From Mycobacterium tuberculosis H37Rv (lineage in GTDB: Bacteria; Actinomycetota; Actinomycetes; Mycobacteriales; Mycobacteriaceae): DNA of 32,000 nucleotides. Below the pieces are notes generated by a model. That model worked only from the letters and a program-made list of their open reading frames with translations, ran no database searches and was not told the origin of the DNA. Positions 15,422 to 24,363 of this stretch are shown piece after piece. The first letter of the stretch is position 1, and each line of letters starts with the position of its first letter. The DNA lies in assembly GCF_000195955.2 (NCBI RefSeq), contig NC_000962.3:3540001-3572000 (forward strand), written 5' to 3'. The translations under genes were made by a program, and so were the position numbers.

Positions 15422-16687
15422 TCACGGAATGGTCGTCGTTGGCACCTCTGCTGTCGGGCGTAATGCAAAGGGAATCAATGTCAGGTGAATCTCGCGTTCG
15501 GGATCACCGTCGGCGTGCATGGTGAACTCGTACTGGTCTGCACCGGCCCGATGTGCGGGGCAGCGCTTATGATTCGGGTGCTCTTTGATCTTGGCGATGG
15601 CGTTATCGATGACCGCGGTCACGTCTTTGTTGCGGATAAAGAGCAAGATCGCGGCCTTGGTGTCGCGCCACACAAGGTAGCCGAATAGCTGCTTCAGCAC
15701 ATCGTCCATGGTTCTTGGGCCCGACCACACTTTGCATTCGCCAATGAAGATGTTGCGGTCGTCGACGCGAATGAGAATGTCGGTCTTGCCTGCGCCGTTG
15801 AAGAGTTCGCCCCCGGCATCGCCTTCAAACTGTGCGTTGAGGCCGACGAGCAGCATGTCTCGGATTTCTTCCCCGTCGAGCTTGGCGGCGACAGATGGGG
15901 TGCGCTCCAACGCGTTCCGCTGGTTACGGAGCACCCGAAGTGCGGACTGGTAGTCCTCATCCTGCATTGCAGGCTCCGGCTTGAATGCTGCCCTCGCGCC
16001 CGCTGGGCGGTGTGGCCGCGGACGCACGCTTTTCCGACTGATCGGAGCTGCGTATGTGTCGGCGTCCTTCCTGCGGCGTACAGGGAAGCCGATCTCGGCC
16101 TGGAGGTTTCGGGTCGCTAAGAGCTGCTCACGGCGCCTCGCCACCATGCCCGGTAGCTCGTTGCGCAGTCCTTGGTTGTGCAAGTCGATCTGCCGGCGCG
16201 ACCAACCGAGGTACTTCTCAATATTCGCGATCTGCTTATGAAACGCCGCGTTGATCGCCGCGGCGTCATTCGACAGATTGTCGATCGCCAGGTGGATTTC
16301 GTGACCTTGTAGCCGCAGTACCTGCGGCGGCATGGTCGTGAACTGGTCCGGGCGAAGGTTAAAGATGTCCTTATGCCCCTCGAAGGGCACCACGAGAACG
16401 AGCCTCGTCACGCGTCGGGTGCGCTGTTCGCCCCAATCCCGGTACTGCTGGTCGACCTCGGTGGCTGGCAGCATGAAAGCGTCGTCGACGCGCAGATCGG
16501 GGCATTCGACCGAACCCAATTCGACGAGCTGTTCGACGACGTCATCAACGGGCGTGTTCAGCAGGTCGTCGGCGTCCCAGCTCTGAAGACGCTGCGCCGT
16601 GGCTTGGCTCGCCTTTCCGAGAAATCCGGCTAAGGAGCCAGCGAGATCGTTGAGGCGCCCCTTGGAAAACAGCTGAACATACTCCAC
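15422..16687 (-). CDS. Hypothetical protein with putative PD-(D/E)XK nuclease-like C-terminal core (Rv3190c-like)
   Basis: 421 aa. NGAGKTDILIRVDDRNIFIGECKVWSGPRTMDDVLKQLFGYLVWRDTKAAILLFIRNKDVTAVIDNAIAKI: D...ECK arrangement after a beta-strand, followed by a helix and strand. Confidence 0.75.
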   Translation of the reverse strand: MEYVQLFSKGRLNDLAGSLAGFLGKASQATAQRLQSWDADDLLNTPVDDVVEQLVELGSVECPDLRVDDAFMLPATEVDQQYRDWGEQRTRRVTRLVLVVPFEGHKDIFNLRPDQFTTMPPQVLRLQGHEIHLAIDNLSNDAAAINAAFHKQIANIEKYLGWSRRQIDLHNQGLRNELPGMVARRREQLLATRNLQAEIGFPVRRRKDADTYAAPISRKSVRPRPHRPAGARAAFKPEPAMQDEDYQSALRVLRNQRNALERTPSVAAKLDGEEIRDMLLVGLNAQFEGDAGGELFNGAGKTDILIRVDDRNIFIGECKVWSGPRTMDDVLKQLFGYLVWRDTKAAILLFIRNKDVTAVIDNAIAKIKEHPNHKRCPAHRAGADQYEFTMHADGDPEREIHLTLIPFALRPTAEVPTTTIP

Positions 16688-16842
16688 TTACCCGAAGATA
16701 GTGCTCATCCCCGACGCGGCTACGGAGGCGTTTCGGCGGCGTGCCGCGATGCAATGCAGCCAGCGGAGCCACCGGGCCGTAGCCGACGTCGCGTCGTGGG
16801 TGGCGACGGGGTTCTCCGGGGTGCCGGAATCCTTCGACGAGC

Positions 16843-17064
16843 TTGTCGGGGGTCATGATTACTGTTCTCGATATGAACGGATTCAAGGATGCGAGGCCCG
16901 ATCGTCTTCCGCTTTCGGCATCGGTTTGGGATATCGCCCAGCGATACAACAAGGGCGGACCTACCGTCACTGAGGCGCTATACGAGGCGCTGAAGGAACT
17001 CGAGGCCCAAGTCATCGCTCTGCAGCGAAGCGAGGGTAAGGGCCTGCTCAGCCGCCTGAGCTGA
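16843..17064 (+). CDS. Small hypothetical protein (Rv3190A-like)
   Basis: 73 aa: MSGVMITVLDMNGFKDARPDRLPLSASVWDIAQRYNKGGPTVTEALYEALKELEAQVIALQRSEGKGLLSRLS. Credible composition and downstream of no overlapping gene. Confidence 0.55.
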   Translation: MSGVMITVLDMNGFKDARPDRLPLSASVWDIAQRYNKGGPTVTEALYEALKELEAQVIALQRSEGKGLLSRLS

Positions 17065-17261
17065 ACGACTAGAGGATTGGGGAAGGGGCCCCCGGGGAAT
17101 GGATCATCCTACTGAGCGGGAATGGGCCAGCATCGCCGAACATACACGCGCCTCCAACTTCACCGGCGACCTGTTACGAATGCCGCCTTACCCGCTGATC
17201 CTCACCCTCCGAACGCTGGTGGGGTCTGCCGAGGTGGTCACTGCATCACATACCCTCTTCC

Positions 17262-18651
17262 TGTCGGCGGCAACTGAATACTGACCAGAGCGCGGCAAGG
17301 TGGGTTCTAGTCAACGTCGCAACAATTGATGGTCTGGTGAGGTTAGCAGCGCGGTGAAAAGTTCAGCGGGACTGCGGTGCCCGAGGACTTGGCGGGGTCG
17401 GTTATTGATCTCGTATTCGACAGCCCGCAGATGGTCGGGCGTGTAGGTGCTGAGGCTGGTGCCCTTTGGGAAGTATTGCCGTAGCAGACCGTTGGAGTTC
17501 TCGTTGCTGGCTCGCTGCCACGGTGAGCGGGAGTCGCAAAAGTAGACCGGCGCGCCCAGGTCGGCGGTGATGTCGATGTGCCGGGCCATTTCGATGCCCT
17601 GATCCCACGTGATGGACCGGACCAGCGTCACCGGCAAGTCGCTCATGGTCTCGGTGATCGCGATGCGCAGGCAGTAAGCGTCGTGGGTCGGCAGGTGCAG
17701 CAGCCGAATCAGACGTGTCTGTCGCTCGACGAGGGTGCCAATCGCCGAGCCCTGGTTCTTACCAACGATGAGATCTCCTTCCCAGTGGCCAGGCTCGGAG
17801 CGGTCGGCGGGATCGAACGGCCGCTGGTGAATCGACAACATCGGCTGGGCGAAGCGCGGGCGGCGACGGCCAGGACGCAGATGGGCGCGGCGATGAGTTC
17901 GTCCCGTGCGCAGAGGGCCACGGTGTGGCGACTTGACCTGCGGCGGCCGGATCAATCGTGATTGAGGCTGATAGACGGCCTGATAGATGCTTTCGTGGCA
18001 CAACCACATCGACCGGTCATCGGGGTATTTCCGTCGCAGATGCCGGGCGATCTGTTGCGGGCTCCACCGCTGGGCCAGCAGCTCGGCGATCAGCTCACAA
18101 AGGTCGGGGTTTTTGTCGATCCGACGCCGGTGACGGCGGACTCGGCGTTGAACCGCCCAGCGATGCGCTTCGAACGGCCGGTACTGGCCATCGCGGCGAC
18201 TGTTGCGGCGTAGCTCCCGCGACACCGTCGAGGGTGCCCGTCCGAGCTGGTCGGCGATCTTGCGGATACTTAGGCCCGAGCGGCGCAGATCGGCGATGTT
18301 GATCCGCTCCTCCTCGGACAGATAGCGACTACTAATTTGGCGCACAGCCAAACGATCGAGCGCGGGCACGAATCCGACGGCTTCGCCACGCCGATAGGTC
18401 TTGTATCCCCGCGCCCAATTGTTTGCTGCAGTCCGGGATACTCCAACTTCACGACCCGCTGCCGAGATGGACCAGCCCCGAGCCCGCAGCTCCATAAACC
18501 GTTGACGCTTGGCCGACTGTGGGCGCCGGCCCGGACCCTTTTTCACGCGACGAGACGATGACAACACAACCTCCAGAACCTAGAGATGTGTTGCGACACC
18601 GCCTAGAAACCACCTTGCCGACACCTGATCAGTTTTCGGTTGCCGCTGACA
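17262..18651 (-). mobile_element. IS30-family insertion sequence (IS1603-like), with long imperfect terminal inverted repeats
   Basis: Left TGTCGGCGGCAACTGAATACTGACCAG...CGGCAAGGTGGGTTCTAG...GTCGCAACA. Right (reverse complement) TGTCAGCGGCAACCGAAAACTGATCAG...CGGCAAGGTGGTTTCTAG...GTCGCAACA. They flank a single IS30-type transposase. The name IS1603 is from memory. Confidence 0.7.
17311..18567 (-). CDS. IS30-family transposase (Rv3191c-like)
   Basis: 418-aa ORF: LSEEERINIADLRRSGLSIRKIADQLGRAPSTVSRELRRN...RPFDPADRSEPGHWEGDLIVGKNQGSAIGTLVERQTRL...SITWDQGIEMARH...PYFCDSRSPWQRASNENSNGLLRQYFPKGTSL. The true start may be internal. Confidence 0.95.
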   Translation of the reverse strand: MLSSSRRVKKGPGRRPQSAKRQRFMELRARGWSISAAGREVGVSRTAANNWARGYKTYRRGEAVGFVPALDRLAVRQISSRYLSEEERINIADLRRSGLSIRKIADQLGRAPSTVSRELRRNSRRDGQYRPFEAHRWAVQRRVRRHRRRIDKNPDLCELIAELLAQRWSPQQIARHLRRKYPDDRSMWLCHESIYQAVYQPQSRLIRPPQVKSPHRGPLRTGRTHRRAHLRPGRRRPRFAQPMLSIHQRPFDPADRSEPGHWEGDLIVGKNQGSAIGTLVERQTRLIRLLHLPTHDAYCLRIAITETMSDLPVTLVRSITWDQGIEMARHIDITADLGAPVYFCDSRSPWQRASNENSNGLLRQYFPKGTSLSTYTPDHLRAVEYEINNRPRQVLGHRSPAELFTALLTSPDHQLLRR

Positions 18652-19325
18652 CAATGAACATGGCCCGCTTCACCCGTTCAGCGTCACGTGGATAAGCGGC
18701 CCGTAGCGCGTCCCAGTCGGTTTCGGAGTAGTCGGGCCGTTGTACAGGGGCATCCGGCGCGGCCGGTGGCGGCATCTTGATGCCGCCACCGGCCGCGTCA
18801 CGGTTCGCGGTTGGCGCTCGCCTGACGACGGTGCTGCTCCCGTTCCTGAGCACGCTGCTTTCTAGCCTTGCGGTCTCCCTGCTTTCCCATCTCCCGGTCC
18901 TCCCGGCGGGTCACGATAGCCGCGCACTCCGACATACCTGGCGCGGCGCGGGGCGCTGCGAACCGGATGGGCGCCACCACCGATAACCATTGCGCGTTGC
19001 GGCAGCCTTCGCATTAGCAATGCTGGCGCGCCGCTCGACGCCTCGGCTATCACCTCACCTGACCACCGCGCGCATCACCGACGAGACCTCATCATCGCGC
19101 CCGCTCTCGCAAACACCACGCCCGCCAAACGGGGCTGGCCCGAGACGATTTCAGAGGCCCCTACAGACCGATCCGCACGCCCGAAACCCGGGTTACCGCT
19201 AAGCAGCCCAGGACAGCAGCCGCAGTCCTGATCGGCGAAGACTGACGTTCAGACCGCAAGCAAGCTAAATAGCAAGCCAAGCAATTAGCAAGACTAATGT
19301 TCCCAAATCCGTTCCCATCGGGCAT

Positions 19326-19360
19326 GAAAATGACCCCAGAGGTCGCACCTCTGGGGTCAT
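19326..19360 (-). terminator. Rho-independent terminator of tRNA-Met
   Basis: Perfect 14-bp arms ATGACCCCAGAGGT-CGC-ACCTCTGGGGTCAT, with TTTTC on the minus strand downstream. Confidence 0.85.
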
Positions 19361-19366
19361 TTCCGC

Positions 19367-19443
19367 TGGTAGCGGGGACAGGATTCGAACCTGCGACCTC
19401 TGGGTTATGAGCCCAGCGAGCTACCGAGCTGCTCCACCCCGCG
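19367..19443 (-). tRNA. tRNA-Met(CAT), initiator-type, encoded CCA
   Basis: Minus strand CGCGGGGTGGAGCAGCTCGGTAGCTCGCTGGGCTCATAACCCAGAGGTCGCAGGTTCGAATCCTGTCCCCGCTACCA folds as a cloverleaf. GGG/CCC anticodon-stem pairs and an unpaired C1 opposite U72 are initiator hallmarks. Confidence 0.95.
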
Positions 19444-19562
19444 TCGGTAAATGCCAGGCTACCGAACACGCACGAAGCTCGCCAAATCGCGGGTGCCGGA
19501 GTACGACCGCCCAGATCAGCGGAGCTCGGGCATACAGCTGCGCCGTACGCGTCGATGCGATG

Positions 19563-20024
19563 ATGATTCCGCAGCCGCTCAGCCAGCTCGGTGACCTGGC
19601 GCGTCGCCCAGGCCGCAGGGTTCTCTGTTCCCCGAAAACGGCCGCACCGTCGATCTCAAACGCAACTGTCGCCTCGCCGGCCGCGCCCGGCCTTGAGCTG
19701 TCCACCGGGATCGCGTTGGCGTTCCCGCGCGGTCCCTTCGTCCCGGCAGCCGCGGCGTGGGAGCTCCAGGAAGCTACCAGCGGGAAGTTCCAGCTCGGTC
19801 TGGGCACGCAGGTTCGCAAGAATGTGGTGCACCGATACGGTATGGCCTTCCACCGTCCCGGTCCGCGGCTGCGCTACCTGCTGGCCGTGAAGGCGTGCTT
19901 CGCCGTTTTCCAAACCGGGACACCGGATCACCACGGCGAGTTCGACAATCCCGACTTCATCACTGCCCAATGGAGCCCGGCGCGCATTGACCCCCCCGGT
20001 CCCAGCCCCGCTGGGCCGCGGTGA
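19563..20024 (+). CDS. Truncated F420/luciferase-like oxidoreductase-related protein (Rv3192-like)
   Basis: STGIALAFPRGPFVPAAAAWELQEATSGKFQLGLGTQVRKNVVHRYGMAFHRPGPRLRYLLAVKACFAVFQTG...GEFDNPDFITAQWSPARIDPPGPSP resembles an internal segment of LLM oxidoreductases only. Confidence 0.7.
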   Translation: MIPQPLSQLGDLARRPGRRVLCSPKTAAPSISNATVASPAAPGLELSTGIALAFPRGPFVPAAAAWELQEATSGKFQLGLGTQVRKNVVHRYGMAFHRPGPRLRYLLAVKACFAVFQTGTPDHHGEFDNPDFITAQWSPARIDPPGPSPAGPR

Positions 20025-20117
20025 ATCCGTGGATGCGGCGAGGTGGCCGACGGGGTGTGGGGCGAGGCCGGGTTCGAGGGGACGACCACGCGGATCCGGG
20101 AGCCGACGAGCACCCGT

Positions 20118-20173
20118 GAGCAGACGCAGAAGTCCCCGATTTCCGGTGAAATCGGCGACTTCTGCGTCTGCTC
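20118..20173. terminator. 56-nt hairpin (17 + 8 bp stem, 4-nt loop), probable bidirectional terminator
   Basis: GAGCAGACGCAGAAGTC-c-CCGATTTC-cggt-GAAATCGG-c-GACTTCTGCGTCTGCTC between convergent 19563-20024(+) and 20194-23172(-). Confidence 0.8.
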
Positions 20174-20193
20174 GCCGCGAGCGCCCCGACTGA

Positions 20194-23172
20194 CTACCCG
20201 GCGTCGTTGAACTTGGTGATGGCCTCATCAAGTCGCTGCAGCGCCGACCCGTAGGCGGCGAAGTCGCCCTTCTTCTGCGCATCCCGCGCCGCGCCGATGG
20301 CAGCCTGGATCTCCTGCAGCGCAGCAACTTTGGCCGGCGATAAGGTGACCGCCCCGACGGGAACCGGGGGCGCCGCAGTCACCGGCGGCGGTTGGGGTCC
20401 ACTGGCAGGCGGCGGTGGATTCGCAGCGGGACTCGGTGGTACCGCTGCCTCCGTGGGCGCGATCCCGGTAGCCGTCGCACCGGCCCCGGGCCCGAACAAG
20501 CCGGTGAGCGCATCCCGCACCGTGGGGCCGTATCCCACCTTGTCGTTGTACATCATCGCCACCCGGATCAGCCGCGGGTAGGACGAAGCAGCGTCGCTGG
20601 CTCCCGGGGATGCATAGACCGGTTCGACGTAGAGCAGTCCGCCCCGGGCCACCGGGAGCGTGAGCAAGTTGCCCCAGCGGATGCGGTTTTGGTTGTCGCG
20701 TCCGATGACACCGAGGTCCTGGGACACCGCCGGATCGGTGGTGATCGCGTTGTTGGCCAACTTGGGCCCGTTGACCTGGCCTGGGATGGTCAACACCGTG
20801 AGATTGCCGTAGGTCGCGGGATCGGAACTGGCGCTGATGTAGGCGGCCAGATAGTCACGCTTGAATCTGTTCATCGCGCTGATCAACTGATATGAGGCTG
20901 AATTATCGTCCTTAGCAATGTTTTTCGCGACGATGTAATACGGCGGCTGATAACTGCTGGCGGTCGGATTCGGGTCCAGCGGCACGTCCCAGAAATCCGA
21001 TGTGGAGAAGAACGTCACCGGATCATTGACGTGGTATTTGGCCAACAACATGCGCTGCACCTTGAACAGGTCCTCGGGATACCGCAGGTGCTCGGCAAGC
21101 TCCGGCGCAATGTCGCTCTTAGGCTTTACCGTGCCGGGGAAGACCTGCATCCAGGCCTTGAGCACCGGATCCTTTTCGTCCTGTTGGTACAGCGTGACCG
21201 TTCCGTCGTAGGCATCCACAGTGGCCTTCACCGAATTGCGGATGTAGGAAACCTTCTTGTCCGGGACCAACCGGTTGAACGCCACCTCGTTGGAGTCCGC
21301 GGTCGCCGAGGACAGCGAGGTGAGCTCGGAGTACGGGTAATTGTCCAACGTGGTGTAGCCGTCGACGATCCACACCAGTCGCTTGTTGACGATCGCGGGA
21401 TACACAGCGCTGTCTGTCGTCAGCCACGGCGCGACCGCCTCCACCCGCTGCGCCGGATCGCGGTTGAACAAGATCTTGCTGTTGGAGCCAATCACATTGG
21501 AGAACAAAAAGTTTCGCTCCGCGAACTTCGCAGCGAACACGCTACGGGCTAACCAACCACCGAGCGGGACTCCACCGCTTCCGGTGTAGGTGTATCTCTT
21601 GGTGTCGATGTTAGTTTCGTAGTCGTATTCGCGGTCGTCGCCATTGCGTCCAACGATCGCATAGTCCGCGGACGTGTTAGAGATCACCGGACCGAAGTAG
21701 ATCCGCGGCTGATCCAGTGGCGCCGGCCCATCAGACACCACGGTGCCATTGGCCCCGACGACGTTGACCAAGAATTCGGGGTAACCGCCATTTTGATTCG
21801 GGTCGTTGGCGATACCGCGCACGGTGTTGGCCGGTGAGGCGATGAACCCGTTCCCGTGGGTGTACACGGTATGCCGGTTGATCCAGTCCCGTTGGTTGTC
21901 GATCAACCGGTCCGGGTTGAGTTCGCGGGCCGCGACGACGTAGTCGCGCAGGTTACCGTTGCGGTCGAGGTAGCGGTCGATCGACAGCTGGTCCGGGAAA
22001 TAGTAGAAGTTCTTGCCCTGCTGGAACTGGGTGAACGCCGGGCTAACGATTGTCGGGTCGAGTAGCCGGATGTTCGAGGTAGTCGCGCGGTCGGCAGCGA
22101 CCTGTTGCGCGGTAGCCGGGCTATCACCGCTGTAATTGCGATAGGTCACCACATCAGACGTCAGGCCATAGGCTTGCCGAGTTGCGGTGATACTTCGGCT
22201 GATATATTCGCTCTCTTTTTGCGCAGCGTTGGGTTTGACGCTGATTTGCTCGACGATCAACGGCCAGCCGGCGCCGACAATCAGCGACGACAGCAGCAAC
22301 AACACCAGGCCGATCGCCGGAATCCGCAAGTCCCGCAGGGCGATCGCCGAGAACACTGCGGCCGCGCAAATCAACGCAATCGCCATCAGAATCAGCTTCG
22401 CCGGCAGGACGGCGTTGATATCGGTGTACCCGGCACCGGTGAACGGCTTGCCGCCACGCGTGTGCGACAGCAGCTCATACCGATCCAGCCAATAAGCAAC
22501 GGCTTTAAGTAACACCAGTACCCCGACCAGGCTAACCAACTGGACGCGCGCCGAGCGGCTCAGCGCACCGGTGCGTCCGGATAGCCGAATGCCACCGAAG
22601 ATATAGTGCGCCACCAGATTCGCCACGAATGCCAGAAATACCGAAACGAGCATGTAGCTGAGCATCAGCCGGTAGAACGGCAACTCGAACGCGTAGAAGC
22701 CGAGGTCCCGCCCGAACTGCGGATCCCTAACCCCAAAGTCACCGCCGTGCAGGAACAGCTGGATCCGAGCCCAGTAGCTTTGGGCGACGATGCCGGCCAG
22801 CAAGCCGATCGCCGCGGGGATTCCGATGCCGACTAGCCGCAGGCGTGCCAGCACGACGGCGCGATACCGTGCAACCGGATCGTTGTCGGCATCCGGGACG
22901 AACACCGGGCGAGTGCGGTAGGCCAAGGCGAGCCCGCCGAACACGATGCCGCCGACCACCACCCCGGCAACCAAGCACACCACGATGCGGGTAGCCAGCA
23001 TGGTGGTGAACACTGAGCGGTAGCCAAGCTCACCAAACCACAGCCAGTCGACGTAAGCGTCGATCAAACGCGGGCCAGCGAGCAGCAGCACGATCACACC
23101 CAGTGCGATCATGATCAGAATCCGGCTGCGCCGTGTCAGTTTCGGCATCCTTGCGGCGGACCGCATTCCCAC
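20194..23172 (-). CDS. UPF0182 family large membrane protein (Rv3193c-like)
   Basis: 992 aa with N-terminal transmembrane segments ([36 protein letters not shown]...), a large extracellular domain and a Pro-rich C-terminus. Confidence 0.95.
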   Translation of the reverse strand: MGMRSAARMPKLTRRSRILIMIALGVIVLLLAGPRLIDAYVDWLWFGELGYRSVFTTMLATRIVVCLVAGVVVGGIVFGGLALAYRTRPVFVPDADNDPVARYRAVVLARLRLVGIGIPAAIGLLAGIVAQSYWARIQLFLHGGDFGVRDPQFGRDLGFYAFELPFYRLMLSYMLVSVFLAFVANLVAHYIFGGIRLSGRTGALSRSARVQLVSLVGVLVLLKAVAYWLDRYELLSHTRGGKPFTGAGYTDINAVLPAKLILMAIALICAAAVFSAIALRDLRIPAIGLVLLLLSSLIVGAGWPLIVEQISVKPNAAQKESEYISRSITATRQAYGLTSDVVTYRNYSGDSPATAQQVAADRATTSNIRLLDPTIVSPAFTQFQQGKNFYYFPDQLSIDRYLDRNGNLRDYVVAARELNPDRLIDNQRDWINRHTVYTHGNGFIASPANTVRGIANDPNQNGGYPEFLVNVVGANGTVVSDGPAPLDQPRIYFGPVISNTSADYAIVGRNGDDREYDYETNIDTKRYTYTGSGGVPLGGWLARSVFAAKFAERNFLFSNVIGSNSKILFNRDPAQRVEAVAPWLTTDSAVYPAIVNKRLVWIVDGYTTLDNYPYSELTSLSSATADSNEVAFNRLVPDKKVSYIRNSVKATVDAYDGTVTLYQQDEKDPVLKAWMQVFPGTVKPKSDIAPELAEHLRYPEDLFKVQRMLLAKYHVNDPVTFFSTSDFWDVPLDPNPTASSYQPPYYIVAKNIAKDDNSASYQLISAMNRFKRDYLAAYISASSDPATYGNLTVLTIPGQVNGPKLANNAITTDPAVSQDLGVIGRDNQNRIRWGNLLTLPVARGGLLYVEPVYASPGASDAASSYPRLIRVAMMYNDKVGYGPTVRDALTGLFGPGAGATATGIAPTEAAVPPSPAANPPPPASGPQPPPVTAAPPVPVGAVTLSPAKVAALQEIQAAIGAARDAQKKGDFAAYGSALQRLDEAITKFNDAG

Positions 23173-23263
23173 TAGCTACGCTCCCTGATCGTTCTGGCTG
23201 GTTGAGACTTTCTCGACGGTCATAACTCTACGCACCGCAACCATCCGCAGCAGCCGGCGCGAG

Positions 23264-24286
23264 CTAGCAGCTCGGCGTCGGCGAGCCCGACGTCATCGCG
23301 TGCAGCGCGTCCACCGCCTGGCTAAGCGTCTCGACCTTCACCAACTTCAAACCGGGCGGGCTGTCGGAACTTGCCTCGTAGCAGTTCTTCGCGGGCACCA
23401 GAAACACCGTCGCGCCGGCCGCTCGAGCAGCGGCCATCTTGTGGGTGATGCCACCGATCTGGCCCACCTTGCCATCGACGGCGATCGTGCCGGTGCCTGC
23501 GACGAACGTCGACCCAACCAGGTGGCCACTGGTGAGCTTGTCGACGACGGCCAGACTGAACATCAGTCCGGCCGAAGGGCCGCCGACGTTGGCGAGGTGG
23601 AAGTCCACGGCAAACGGCGCCCACGGCGCGTCCACCACCTCTATGCCCAGGACGCCTTGGTCGCGATCCTTATTCTTGCCCAGCGTGATCTGCGCGATGC
23701 CGGGCGGCTCGTTCTTGCGGCGGAAGTCGATCGTCACCTCCTGGCCCGGTTTCGTGTTCTTCAACAGCGCGGTGAACTGGTCGAGGTTGCCCACCGGAGT
23801 GCCGTCGACGGCGTCGATGGCGTCACCGGCCTGCAGCTTGTCCACCGATGGCCCTGGATCCATGACCGAGGCGACGGTGACTGCTTTCGGATACTTCAGG
23901 TACCCCAGAGCGGCGTACTCAGCGGCGGCCTCGGAGCGCTTGAAATCAGCGGCGTTGTCATTTTCGATCTCTTCCCGCGACTTGCCCGGAGGGTAGACGA
24001 GGTCGCGTGGCATCAACTGTTCTTGACCCGAAAGCCACAGGGCCAGGGCTTCACCCAGGGTTAGACCGTCGCGCTGGGAGACCGTCGTCATGTTGAGGTG
24101 ACCTGACGTCGGGTAGGTCTGGGTGCCCACGATCTGGACCACCTGCTTGCCGTCTATCTCGCCGAGCGTGTCGAACGTTGGGCCGGGTCCCAGCGCCACA
24201 AACGGCACGGTTACCACGGCGAGCAACACGCCGAATACCACGATCGGCACCAGCGCGACCATCAAGGTCAATATCCGCCTATTCAC
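23264..24286 (-). CDS. PDZ and Lon-like (S16) protease domain protein (Rv3194c-like)
   Basis: 340 aa from the start at 24286: PGLKLVKVETL preceded by VGGPSAGLMFSLAVVDKLT (catalytic Ser), GKVGQIGGITHKMAAA and PAKNC; PDZ region VMDPGPSVDKLQAGDAIDAVDG. Confidence 0.93.
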   Translation of the reverse strand: MNRRILTLMVALVPIVVFGVLLAVVTVPFVALGPGPTFDTLGEIDGKQVVQIVGTQTYPTSGHLNMTTVSQRDGLTLGEALALWLSGQEQLMPRDLVYPPGKSREEIENDNAADFKRSEAAAEYAALGYLKYPKAVTVASVMDPGPSVDKLQAGDAIDAVDGTPVGNLDQFTALLKNTKPGQEVTIDFRRKNEPPGIAQITLGKNKDRDQGVLGIEVVDAPWAPFAVDFHLANVGGPSAGLMFSLAVVDKLTSGHLVGSTFVAGTGTIAVDGKVGQIGGITHKMAAARAAGATVFLVPAKNCYEASSDSPPGLKLVKVETLSQAVDALHAMTSGSPTPSC

Positions 24287-24363
24287 GCCGCATACACTAG
24301 ACGGACCTGGCCGGGCTGGTTCAGCTGCGAGCGTGACCGCTGATCGCACCTTCTGTTCCCGCG

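Noticed and set aside
16545-17015. 156-aa minus-strand ORF overlapping the small island ORF
   Set aside because: Composition is Arg/Pro/Ser-rich and overlaps a more plausible plus-strand ORF and the start of the nuclease-like gene.
18990-19202. 70-aa ORF near the tRNA as an integrase C-terminus
   Set aside because: Position is right for an integrase relic, but the translation shows no R-H-R-Y motifs, so I cannot support it; only suggested as a region to search.
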